From a virus (taxonomy: Duplodnaviria; Caudoviricetes): DNA of 42,707 nucleotides. The position numbers were made by a program, and so were the translations under genes. Below, one piece after another: positions 8,401-17,209 of the stretch. Where the stretch lies: positions 1-42,707 of the IMG/VR virus record IMGVR_UViG_3300031990_000014; one strand, written 5' to 3'. A model generated the notes under the pieces. That model searched no databases and was not told the DNA's origin. It was given only the letters and a program-made list of their open reading frames with translations. Each line of letters starts with the position of its first letter. Position 1 is the first letter of the stretch.

Positions 8401-11400
8401 CGTGCGACACGCCCATGTCGCGCATGGCGGCGATGGACAGCCTGGCGGTGTCCACCATCTCAGGCGCAATCACGGTGCCAGGCTCTGCGTCCGGCAACAG
8501 CACCCGCGCATCGACGGTCACCGAGTACTGCGGAGTGCCGCGCAGTTGGGCATCGAACGCGTTCTCGAACACGCGCAGCGCCTCGCGGCGGCCGCCAGCC
8601 AGGTCAGCCGCGCCCACGCCCAAGTAGCCGTAGCCCGCTAGGCTTTCAGCCATACCGTCGATGGACTTGCCGCCCACCCGACGCAGCACATGCAGCCCGA
8701 ACAGCGGCATGGGGACCCTAGTCGTAGGGTCCAGGTCCCACTCGGCCTCGACCTCAGCGCGGTCTAGCCCGCCCAGCTTGGCGATCGCGACGAAGAGCGA
8801 GTCGACCGTCGGGTCGACCGCCCCAGGCTTCGGCTTCGGCCTTTCTTCTGCCGCCAGCGCCGCCTTGTACTCATCCGACAAGGCGCCAGTCAGAAACTGC
8901 CATGCCCGATAAACCGGCTGCGACAAGACCTCGTTGCGGGCGCCTGCGCGGGCCTGGCGCCGCAGCTCCCGTGACGCCGTCTGCAAGCGACTCAGCTCGC
9001 GGGCGCGCGCATTCCGCAGCCACTGCATGTCGCGCAAGCCGCGCGTCTGCAGCTCGTCACGGGCCGCCCCGACCTCGGCAGCCCCCAAGCGCTGCAACTC
9101 CTCGAACTCCTCCGGAGTCATCTGGCCCGCTTCGGGCGAGGCGAAGATGGGCATCATCGACCGGGCGCGGCGCGCCATCTCGATCTGCGCGTCCGTGGCC
9201 AGCAGGCGGTCCATGACGCCGCGCACCTCGTCGTTGAGCTTGCCGGCCTGCGGGTTGATGCGGAGGAAGTTCTTCAGCGACTGGTAGACGCCGAGCAGCC
9301 AAGCGCGGAAGGACTGGAACACGCCCTGCAACTCGATCGAGGGCGCCTCGCCACGGAACAGGTAGGCCTCGAAGCTCTCGGCAAAGCGCTCGTGATAGGC
9401 GCGCTTCTCTTCGAACGACAGCGCCAGCCATGTCGGCATGCCCTGCACGCCAAACCAATCATGCAGCCGCCGCACGTCGTCGATGATGCCCTGCTCGCCC
9501 GGGGTGACGGCGCCGCCACGGTTGCCGATCTCGGCGGCGATGACCATCAGGTTCTCGAGGAAGAAGTGGCCGGACTCGTGCAGATAGGTGCTGAGGTCGG
9601 CGTTCCTGAGAAGGCGGATCGTGTTCGTGCGCGGGTTGAAGGACCCGCGTGCCCCCTCCCCTTGGGCTAGCTCTTGGTCCCCTGCTTCGAAAGGCTCCTC
9701 TCCGAGAGGAACCTCTCCCTCAAGGTCGTCCTGATCTGCTGCATCTGGGTCGGGGTCGTACTCAAGAAGATCGGCGGCAGTTCCTGCTTGGAATCGCTCG
9801 ACGACTCGGTCTGCCGCTTCTCTGTAGCTGATGTCTGCCGTTTGTCGCGCACCGAGACCCCCATAAAGCCGCTTCTCGTAGTACCACAAAATCGCCTGAA
9901 TGTCGGCGATGGTAAGGGGGTGCCCCCTGCGGGCCAGGTTGCGGCGCGCCTGCGCCGTGGCGGCCAGCATGAAGGTTCGGTCGCGTGCGCCGAAAGCCAC
10001 GTCTTCGATCTTCTCGAAGGCGTCCTTGTAGATGGTGTTCGCGGCGCGCTCAACCGCATGGTCATGCAGCAACTGGTCAACCGTGTAGTCGCCCGGCAAC
10101 TTGCCCAGCGACTCCAGCGTGCGCGCGGCTTTTCTGGCGTCGGTGCGCGCCTTGGTCCTAGAGCCCCCCCTCAGGCGTGGGTTCAGCCCCGCGTCAACAA
10201 TCGCCTGCTGCTCGGCGCGCAGCCGCTCAAGCGCAGCGCGCAAGGCCCCAGGCTCGCGAAGCGCGTCAATCTCCGCCATCCACTCGGCGGCCTCGCCTTT
10301 CTTCGATGGCTCACTACGCCCAAGCAGCAACGCCGCCACCGTGCGGAAGCCCCTGTGGTCAAGGGCTTCGCGAGGCTCGACGACCGCCGACAACACTTGG
10401 TCGTCGGACATCTCCGGCTGACCTATCAAAGTGGCGAACGACCGAAGCGACTTCGCCGTGGCCGACGTCAGAAGGGTGCCCCGGTAGCGGTTGAAAGAAC
10501 GCGACCACCAGCGGTCCATCGTCAGATAGCCATGCGCGCCCATCAGATTGGCGTAGAACGCGCCGAGCTTCGGGCCGAACTCCACGGCGGCCATCGGGAG
10601 CTTGATATGGACTTGATAGGCCGGGTTGAATGTCCTGCCGATCTGCGCGGCGATCTCCTTCAGCTCGCCGATCGGCCGCTCTTGCATCAGGTACTCGTGC
10701 ATCTCCACCGCCCCCATGGTGTCATGCAACTGCTGCAGGACCTGGAGGTTGTTGTTGATGATGGCCTGACGGATATGCCCTCGGCTGCTCGTGAACCTGC
10801 CGGCCGTCTCGCCCCCTTCTCGAAAGCGCCCGTAGATGTCGAGCGCCTGCGCGAAGTTCGGCATGACCTTCTGCCCGTCGCTCGTGATGGCGATGAGGGC
10901 GGTCATCAGGTTGCGGGCCGTCCGGTCGGTCAGCAGCTCCGGGTACAGCCCACCCATCAGGTCAAGGGCCGCCTGGTACTGCACTGAATACCAGCCCACC
11001 CCGGAGTCCTCCGGGTTCTGCATCTCGAAGGCGACTTCTTCCGTCATCCACTTCGCGATTCGCGACAGCGCATCCTTGCCGTGGTCATCGGGCTCGATGC
11101 TTCCGTGCTTGGCTCGCTGCCTGGCCTGAAGCGCTGCAGCGACGTCGCGCGTCGAATGCTTCTTTTTGGGGTCAAGGCCGTACCGACGAAGCGTCTCGGT
11201 GCCTCGCCGCAGCGCGGTGGCCTGAAACAGCACGTCGCCGCGCTCTTCGGCCAGCGCCGCCGCGAACTCCCGCACGGCCTGGGTGCGCTGGCCCGGCCCG
11301 TCGTACTCCACGAACGGTAGGCCCGCGCGCTCGAGCAGCTCGCGCACTGCCGGGCTCGCGTCCTTCGGGATGACCGCGCCGGCAAACTCTTCAAGCCCCA

Positions 11401-14400
11401 CCGCGCGAGGAATCTTGGCCTCGAAATACCCCGTCGGCAGGTTGGCGAGCTTGAGCAGAAACTCCGTGAGGAGGGTGGCGGTTTCTTCGCTGATGCGGTG
11501 CCCGTAGGCGAGCGCCGCCTGTTGCGCGCCGAGGCTGATGGCGTCTTCCAAGATCGCCATGGCGGTGTTTGGAGAAATCTGCGGGTCGATGGCGCGCGCA
11601 ACGGCAGCAAACTCGCTGTAGGCCTCTTCCTGCACCTGCGCCATTTGCTCTGCTGGCACAATGCGGTCGCGCGCGCCACGCATTTCTGTGATGCTGCGGA
11701 ACTGATGGGCCACCCTGGACCGCAGCGCCCCGACTCCGCGCACCGGCCCCTCGCCGGCACGAACTGGCTGCCGGCGCAGCAGCCGCACGACGTTGTCCAA
11801 CGTGTGCGGGACGTAGCGCTGACGGCCGGTTGCCGTGGTTCCGACGGGGATCCGCTCACCCACCGCCATGTCGGCCACGAAGCGCTCGGCGGCGCTGGCC
11901 AGTTCGGCCCCTAGGCCGAGGCCCTCCACCTGCTGCCGCAGCGCCTGCCGGGTTGCCGGTGCGTCCACCTCGCCGGCAGTGCGCGCGCCACGCCGATGGT
12001 CCTCAACCTCTCTGGCCGCCTGCCGGACGACGGGCGAGGCGGCCCCGGTGCCGGGCTGGCGCGCACGCAAGGACTCAATCCTTGCGTCGAGCGCATCCTC
12101 TCTGCCCTCATAGGCCAGCAGCATGACTTGCCGATAGGCGTCCCACGCGGCCTGCTCGAAGGCGGGGTCGTTCCGCAACTCCAGAACATCGACACCGCTA
12201 TCCGCAAAGGCCTGCAGCGCCGGCGCCAACTCAGCAGGCGCGACGCGCTGCACATCTGGCTCAACGCCTTGCTGTGAGAGAAACCACCACAGGAAAGGCG
12301 CCTGGCTAGCCAAGGCGTCCGGGCCATCTCGCGACACCTGACGCCAATCGATAGCGCGCTGGTCGACGGCGCCCATTGCCTCCGCCAGGAGTTCTTCGGC
12401 GCGGCCGGCAGCCTCCGCCGGAATCTCAAGCTCGACGTCCGGGTAACGCGGCGAGTAGACGTCCGCGTCGAACACCCTCGCCCCGGCGCGGGGGTCAACC
12501 ATCCCTCGCGGCGCCAGCAGCGTGACCTCGCCAAAGGTGTCGAGCGGCAAGTCTGCTGTCGACACGGCCACCGAAGGCATGGCCAGGCCGCCCATGCGGC
12601 CAGCGAACAGCAGGCTCTCAGCCGAGAGGTTGTGCACGGCCATCATCCGCAGGGCGCGCTCCTGCGCCATCACGTCGCCATCTTCCAGGCCAGCGCCGCG
12701 CACCAGTTGCGGGTATTGCTCGAAAACCTCCTGCGGCGTCTTGCCGAGGCGGGCGGCCATCGTGCCGTAGAAGTGCGAGGTGAGGGTCGCGTACGCGCGC
12801 GCCACGGCTGGCCGCAGCCCAGCTTGGACGAGCATCTCCTCGACCTGCGACTGAACGGACTCCATCGATTCGCGGAAGGGCGCCTCCTGCGCCTCGTCCT
12901 GAATGGCCCGCGACACCTCGCGCAACAGCTCTTCCTGCGCCTGCTGCAGGAACACCTCGCTCTCTGCCACGGACATGCCGTCGGGCTCGACGCGCGCATG
13001 ACGCAGCAGGGCCGCGTCGATAGGCGTGCCTGCCAAGTGGGCGGCGTAGTCGGCCAGCGGAATGTGCACCGCGCCGCCCGTGGCGGCTGCCGTCGGCAAC
13101 TGCTCGGCCACGGCCGGCAACTGCGCCGCCAGCTCATTGGCCAGGCCCGCCTGCATCAGCGCCTGCGCATCGATATAGAACCCATCGACCGCCGTGCCGT
13201 CATCCGTTAGCCCCTGAACGAAGGCATGGAACCCGGACGTGTCCCTCGCCCGTACACGGGTGGCGGCGGCCAGCTCGCTGAAGCGCTGCAACTGCGCCCC
13301 GCGCGTCGCCGCGCGCTCGGCATGATCGCGCGCGGCAATCCAGCTCATCGGGACGTCGACGGCTGCGGTCGGCAATTCGCCGAGCATCTCCATGATTACC
13401 GCGCCCGGGGAGTACTTGCCCACGCCAGGGGCGAACTCGTCGACCATGACCTGGGCGCCCAGCTCGCCGGCGCCACCCGCTCCAGTCTGCAAGGCAAACT
13501 CGCCCGCCACACGCGGGGCAATGCTCACGGCATCGCGCGTGGCCCCGGCCAGCAGCTTGCCGGCAAGCCCCGCCGAAAGCCCGTCGAAGGCCGCGATGGG
13601 GATGCCGCGCAGCACGGCATGGTCGCGCGCGCGGCCCATGACCAGCGGGTTTGCCAGCGCGTCGCGCAGCTCGCTGACGTTGGCGACGTTCACGCCCTGC
13701 TCGGCCAGCACGTCCTGCAGAGTCGCGCCGTACTCCGTCGCAAACGCGCCGATGAATCCCCCTGCGGCACGGCCCGCTAAACCCAGCGGGGCCATCAGAA
13801 GCTGACCAATGAGCGCTGGCGCCGTGGCAGCCAAGGACTGCACGGTGCTCTCCCAGGCTGCGCGAGGGTGGCGCGCGACCGCAGCCATCACCCCCGTATA
13901 GGTAGGGGCATCCATGATGGCCTGCAGCCCGGCGGCCACGTCAGGGCTCATCGGCCAGCGCCGGCTAACGCGCTCCTGCTCGGCCATGCGAGCGGCCTGC
14001 GCCGCTTCGGCATCCGCCCCACGCGCGCGCGTCAGTCCGAAGTCGCGGAGCAACAGGGTCAAGTTCTGCTCGGCCTCGGCGAATCCGCGTCGCGCCGCGT
14101 CCAGCGTGCCCCCAAGAAGGCCCGGGTCGATGGCCCGCATCTCGCCCGTGACGTGGTCTTCCAGGGCGCCCAGGTTGCCGACATCATCCCGGGCAATGGC
14201 CGCGCGGTCCGGGGCCGCCATGAACTCGGTCGTGCGCGGGCGGTTGCGCATCTGCTCCAGCGCCTGGCTGCTCTCCTGGCGCCTGCGCAAGGCGTCCGAT
14301 TGCGTGCGCGCCGCACCGAGCGGCACGCCCGTTTCGCGACTGATGCGCTGCAGCTCGGCCTCGGCGTCCGGCGTTCCTTGGGCCGTCGCGAGGTTGATGC

Positions 14401-14467
14401 GCACCGCCTCCTCGGGGGACTGCGGCTGCGTCAGGCTCTGGCGCACGGCTTCCGCAAGCGTGGTCAT
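5480..14467 (-). CDS. Giant internal virion/ejection protein (2995 aa), polyvalent-protein-like
   Basis: Position after the transglycosylase ejection protein. HExxH motif (YLHESGHFF), internal enzyme-like domains, C-terminus typical of epsilon15/BPP-1-like large virion proteins. Confidence 0.85.
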   Translation of the reverse strand: MTTLAEAVRQSLTQPQSPEEAVRINLATAQGTPDAEAELQRISRETGVPLGAARTQSDALRRRQESSQALEQMRNRPRTTEFMAAPDRAAIARDDVGNLGALEDHVTGEMRAIDPGLLGGTLDAARRGFAEAEQNLTLLLRDFGLTRARGADAEAAQAARMAEQERVSRRWPMSPDVAAGLQAIMDAPTYTGVMAAVARHPRAAWESTVQSLAATAPALIGQLLMAPLGLAGRAAGGFIGAFATEYGATLQDVLAEQGVNVANVSELRDALANPLVMGRARDHAVLRGIPIAAFDGLSAGLAGKLLAGATRDAVSIAPRVAGEFALQTGAGGAGELGAQVMVDEFAPGVGKYSPGAVIMEMLGELPTAAVDVPMSWIAARDHAERAATRGAQLQRFSELAAATRVRARDTSGFHAFVQGLTDDGTAVDGFYIDAQALMQAGLANELAAQLPAVAEQLPTAAATGGAVHIPLADYAAHLAGTPIDAALLRHARVEPDGMSVAESEVFLQQAQEELLREVSRAIQDEAQEAPFRESMESVQSQVEEMLVQAGLRPAVARAYATLTSHFYGTMAARLGKTPQEVFEQYPQLVRGAGLEDGDVMAQERALRMMAVHNLSAESLLFAGRMGGLAMPSVAVSTADLPLDTFGEVTLLAPRGMVDPRAGARVFDADVYSPRYPDVELEIPAEAAGRAEELLAEAMGAVDQRAIDWRQVSRDGPDALASQAPFLWWFLSQQGVEPDVQRVAPAELAPALQAFADSGVDVLELRNDPAFEQAAWDAYRQVMLLAYEGREDALDARIESLRARQPGTGAASPVVRQAAREVEDHRRGARTAGEVDAPATRQALRQQVEGLGLGAELASAAERFVADMAVGERIPVGTTATGRQRYVPHTLDNVVRLLRRQPVRAGEGPVRGVGALRSRVAHQFRSITEMRGARDRIVPAEQMAQVQEEAYSEFAAVARAIDPQISPNTAMAILEDAISLGAQQAALAYGHRISEETATLLTEFLLKLANLPTGYFEAKIPRAVGLEEFAGAVIPKDASPAVRELLERAGLPFVEYDGPGQRTQAVREFAAALAEERGDVLFQATALRRGTETLRRYGLDPKKKHSTRDVAAALQARQRAKHGSIEPDDHGKDALSRIAKWMTEEVAFEMQNPEDSGVGWYSVQYQAALDLMGGLYPELLTDRTARNLMTALIAITSDGQKVMPNFAQALDIYGRFREGGETAGRFTSSRGHIRQAIINNNLQVLQQLHDTMGAVEMHEYLMQERPIGELKEIAAQIGRTFNPAYQVHIKLPMAAVEFGPKLGAFYANLMGAHGYLTMDRWWSRSFNRYRGTLLTSATAKSLRSFATLIGQPEMSDDQVLSAVVEPREALDHRGFRTVAALLLGRSEPSKKGEAAEWMAEIDALREPGALRAALERLRAEQQAIVDAGLNPRLRGGSRTKARTDARKAARTLESLGKLPGDYTVDQLLHDHAVERAANTIYKDAFEKIEDVAFGARDRTFMLAATAQARRNLARRGHPLTIADIQAILWYYEKRLYGGLGARQTADISYREAADRVVERFQAGTAADLLEYDPDPDAADQDDLEGEVPLGEEPFEAGDQELAQGEGARGSFNPRTNTIRLLRNADLSTYLHESGHFFLENLMVIAAEIGNRGGAVTPGEQGIIDDVRRLHDWFGVQGMPTWLALSFEEKRAYHERFAESFEAYLFRGEAPSIELQGVFQSFRAWLLGVYQSLKNFLRINPQAGKLNDEVRGVMDRLLATDAQIEMARRARSMMPIFASPEAGQMTPEEFEELQRLGAAEVGAARDELQTRGLRDMQWLRNARARELSRLQTASRELRRQARAGARNEVLSQPVYRAWQFLTGALSDEYKAALAAEERPKPKPGAVDPTVDSLFVAIAKLGGLDRAEVEAEWDLDPTTRVPMPLFGLHVLRRVGGKSIDGMAESLAGYGYLGVGAADLAGGRREALRVFENAFDAQLRGTPQYSVTVDARVLLPDAEPGTVIAPEMVDTARLSIAAMRDMGVSHEAIDALRAKRMTGADGVHPELVANLFGFETGDELIAALVAAPPPRAAIEAATDAAMFEQHAELATPEAIERAADEAVHGEARARFVTAEANALARMAAGGRAEGAGGRRRSIVPDAARQFAAAMVARLRIRNLRPAQYAGTAARAGIEAERAFRAADVERAAAEKRTQAVHTYATREAYRALREVERGVAYMRRFAKPGARRRLPPEYVDQIEALLERHELKERSLRTLDRRASLREWLDSQEEVGLVPEIDPALADDARTVNYKEMTVEEFRGLVDAVRAIEHLGRLKKRLLTSRDKREFEAVRDLIADSIVANSMRTITPRTATTWVGQVMAGLRRFVTSHYKAAAIGRILDGGKDGGPFWEYITRTANAAGDQEVQMRADATVRASAILAPLFAGGAFGGGRMSFAGIARPLNRGERLAIALNTGNEGNMQRLLGGENWTRDAIQPVLESLTAAELRAVQQVWDLFESYRPLIAAKEKRVYGKEPEWVPAVPFEVTSSDGEVVSMRGGYYPIKYDPAASARAEELVDADEARAMMRGAYTSDTTRRSFTKSRVKVVMGRPLLLTFDGLFQGLNEVIHDLSWHEWLIDVNRLMRADKIQQAIRQHYGPEMATELKRWKTDIAAGEPTAHNEESATWLRRNVSIAGLGYNLLTAAIQVTGVSNSLVRVGSRWMGPAIAQYARAPVTVTRETHARSSFMALRSRTQFLELNELRGRIQGGSSGMRALQAGAFLLIVKVQQLVDMPTWNAAYARALSEGSDDARAVALADQAVIDTQGSGMLKDQAGIERGGPYMKLFTVFYSYMNAVFNLAATSLASKKSRMEKAMDGLLLFTIPIVMTHFLREVLMPDIGEDEEDWGMLARKLAADHISMLMGTMILVRDLGNLGATLVGAESPMRAYAGTAGERLLSDLYGVAHQAGQGEFDTAFRKKMVNVLGTGVGLPSAQINRTWNGIEAMVEEETVNPAAILFGVER

Positions 14468-16581
14468 CGCAGGCTGCGCCAGTAGGCGTCCAGCATCTGG
14501 GCGTCTGTCGGGCTGTCGATGCCCTGCGCCCGGAACTCGCGCACCAGACCCTCGCGAACCGCCGCCGGGATCTCGCCAGCATCAATCCCCATGGCCGGCT
14601 CCTGCCTCGGCCCCATCCATCCACTGATGGTCGTCTGACGGGAGAACATCTGGTCAATGTGCTGCTCGACCTCAGCATCCGTGAGCTTGCGCCCCAGCGT
14701 CGCCTGCGCGTCCAGAATTGATTGACGCACGAACTGGTTGATGGCGCCCACGCGGGCGCGTGCCCGCTTCTCCGTTGCGGGCGGGCTCGCGTTGATTCCA
14801 ATCTGGGCCAGCCGGTCCTGCAGCACGTTGGCGACAGACGTGGCCGGGAATGCACCTGCACCCGTGTCTGCCGGGGGCTTCCCGCGCGCCGTGGCGAAGG
14901 ACTCGAAGTCGCTCTGAGACAACTGCGAACGCAGGGCAAAAAACTCGTCGTCGGACAGGCCGCGCAAGTTCTTCTCGTTCGACAGGTACTGGAACAGCGC
15001 GAGGTTGGTCGTCACGTCCTCGCGCGTCGACAGCGTCTTTGCGAAACTCATCACGCTGTCGAGTTGCTCGATCGGGATTCGCGACCTGACCAGCGGCGGA
15101 AGCGCCTCCATGTCGCCGCCGCTCTTCACCAGCTCGCGCATGGCCTCGGCGACGGCGAAGTCTCGCTTCGACTTCACGTCATCTTCGAAGGCGCGGAAGC
15201 GCCGCTCGGCAGCCGTCATGGCCGCGCCGCGCTGCTCGTCGGTCGCGTCCGCCGGCAACCGCGCCAGCACCTCACGATGGACGTCAGCCAAAGTCGGCGC
15301 GCGGGGGGCGCCTCCGCCCGCGTTGAACTCCGCAAGGTTGCGCTGCACGTAGGTCTGCGTTTCTTGCGGCAGCAGCGAAAGCCAATGCACGCCCTCACGC
15401 TCGGCCCTCTTGCCTGCGACCATCACTGCGGCAGGCCCGGCGTTGTAGGCCGCCATGGCCTTCGCGGCGTCGCCACCGAATCGCTGCAGCATCGATTGCA
15501 TGTAGGCCTGGCCCAGCGCCCGGTTGTAGTTCTCGTCGTTGCGCAGCCGCTCCTCGTCCCACTCCACGCCGGCAAGCTTGGCCGCTTCCGGGCCGGTCGA
15601 TGGCATCACTTGGGCGACGCCTACCGCGCCTTTTGGGGACGTCAGCGGCGCGCCATCCGGCCCGACCTGCCGCCCGCCGCTTTCCGCCTGCTCCATGACG
15701 CCCCACAGTCGGTCGAAGTCGCTCGGCACCATGCGCGGCGCCAGGTGCTCAACGGCACGGTCTGCAATGCCCGCCACCTGTTGCGCGCCCATGGCCGCAC
15801 GCAGCAGCTTGTTGGCCGCCAGAACCTGCGCGCCGTTCATTTTGCTGCCGTGGGCGCCCAGGTATTGGGCGGCGGATGCCATGTCGCCGGCGGCGACCAC
15901 GGCCTCGAATGCATCCGCGTGGGCGGCGGCCAGGGTCTTCTGGATGACGGACTCAGCCTCGGTGGCCGACTGCCCCCCAAGGCGTGCGAGCGCGAGCGCG
16001 TTCCCTCGTATGCGCTCCTCGGCTTCCGCAACACGGTCGGCGGCAGTCGGGTTGAGCGCCAGGTCGCGCACCGCCAAAGCCATGGCCCCGGTGTGCACGC
16101 TCTCTTGGTAGTGACGCGACTGCGTGGCCTCGTGGTTCAGCGCGCCCTGCCGGAACTGCTGGCGCAGTTGCATTGCGTGCTGCATGAACGTCTGCTTTTG
16201 CCAGTCGTTCGACAGGTTGCCGGCGAACTTTTTCACCCCCTGGTCGAAGCGCTCCGTGTACTCATCAGCCAAGGGCTTGCCGCTGGGGCGCGAGAACACG
16301 TCCCGCCCGACCGCGTTCTGATAGCCGGTGTCACGCCCGATGGTCAGCTCCACCCCGGCCTCGCGGAGATGATTCAACTCCTCCTCGACCCGCACGCGGT
16401 TCATGCGCTGACGGTCTTCAGCGGCGAAGTCCTGCGCCACGGCGGCCATGTTCTGGGTCGCCAGGCCAAGCCCGGTCAGTTGCGCGCCGACCACGTCCGG
16501 AGAGTCCGGCGCGCGAACGACAGGGGTGGGCGTCGCGGCCTCGGCGACGCGGAACTCCTGGGTCACTGGAACGCGCGGCAT
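14464..16581 (-). CDS. Virion ejection protein with lytic transglycosylase (SLT) domain
   Basis: QAESGG...SPKGAVGVAQVMPST...AAYNAGP...ETQTYV SLT motifs. Confidence 0.9.
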   Translation of the reverse strand: MPRVPVTQEFRVAEAATPTPVVRAPDSPDVVGAQLTGLGLATQNMAAVAQDFAAEDRQRMNRVRVEEELNHLREAGVELTIGRDTGYQNAVGRDVFSRPSGKPLADEYTERFDQGVKKFAGNLSNDWQKQTFMQHAMQLRQQFRQGALNHEATQSRHYQESVHTGAMALAVRDLALNPTAADRVAEAEERIRGNALALARLGGQSATEAESVIQKTLAAAHADAFEAVVAAGDMASAAQYLGAHGSKMNGAQVLAANKLLRAAMGAQQVAGIADRAVEHLAPRMVPSDFDRLWGVMEQAESGGRQVGPDGAPLTSPKGAVGVAQVMPSTGPEAAKLAGVEWDEERLRNDENYNRALGQAYMQSMLQRFGGDAAKAMAAYNAGPAAVMVAGKRAEREGVHWLSLLPQETQTYVQRNLAEFNAGGGAPRAPTLADVHREVLARLPADATDEQRGAAMTAAERRFRAFEDDVKSKRDFAVAEAMRELVKSGGDMEALPPLVRSRIPIEQLDSVMSFAKTLSTREDVTTNLALFQYLSNEKNLRGLSDDEFFALRSQLSQSDFESFATARGKPPADTGAGAFPATSVANVLQDRLAQIGINASPPATEKRARARVGAINQFVRQSILDAQATLGRKLTDAEVEQHIDQMFSRQTTISGWMGPRQEPAMGIDAGEIPAAVREGLVREFRAQGIDSPTDAQMLDAYWRSLR

Positions 16582-16584
16582 GCG

Positions 16585-17208
16585 TCAGAATCCCAGCGCG
16601 TCAAGAACCAACTGGTCGCTGGTTCCGGTGGTGCCCTCGAGCGCGCGCCACCGCCTGCCAACGCGGGCCGCCTCGGTCAGCAGCGTGGTCCCGGCGTGCA
16701 TCAGCGGGCTGATGTTGCGGGCCGTGACACGGGCCATGGCGGCGTCGCCGCGATGGCCGACCTCTTGCACGCGGTGCCCCCAGGCCTCGCGCGCCGTGTT
16801 GGCGGCCACCGTCGCCGCATCGACGTCGGTGGTCAGCCGGGTTGCGGCGAGCACGTCCATGACGGTGTCGCTGGCGAGGTCCATGCCGCTGGCGGCGAAG
16901 GCTGCGCGCTGGGTGGCTCCGGTCTGGGCGCCGCGCAGCCGAACGGCTTGCTCTGCGCGCTGCCCGGCGAACATGGTTGACCGCGCCGCCAGCTCGGCGA
17001 TGCGTGCGTTGATGTCCCCGGCGCTAGCGCGGAAGCGCATGGCCATGCGCTCGTTGCTGGCGGTGATCCACGCGCCGGTGCCGGCACCCAATACGCCGGC
17101 GACACCGGCGAGGTTGGCGATCTGCGACATGCCCTCCGGGGTCTGGCCGGCCGGCGCAGGCGCCGCCACCAGCCCACCGCCGCCTCCGGCTTTCGAGAAC
17201 ACGCTCAT
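16585..17208 (-). CDS. Internal virion (core) protein
   Basis: Ala/Gly-rich, QRAAFAASGMDL motif, positioned after tubular protein B. Confidence 0.75.
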   Translation of the reverse strand: MSVFSKAGGGGGLVAAPAPAGQTPEGMSQIANLAGVAGVLGAGTGAWITASNERMAMRFRASAGDINARIAELAARSTMFAGQRAEQAVRLRGAQTGATQRAAFAASGMDLASDTVMDVLAATRLTTDVDAATVAANTAREAWGHRVQEVGHRGDAAMARVTARNISPLMHAGTTLLTEAARVGRRWRALEGTTGTSDQLVLDALGF

Positions 17209-17209
17209 G

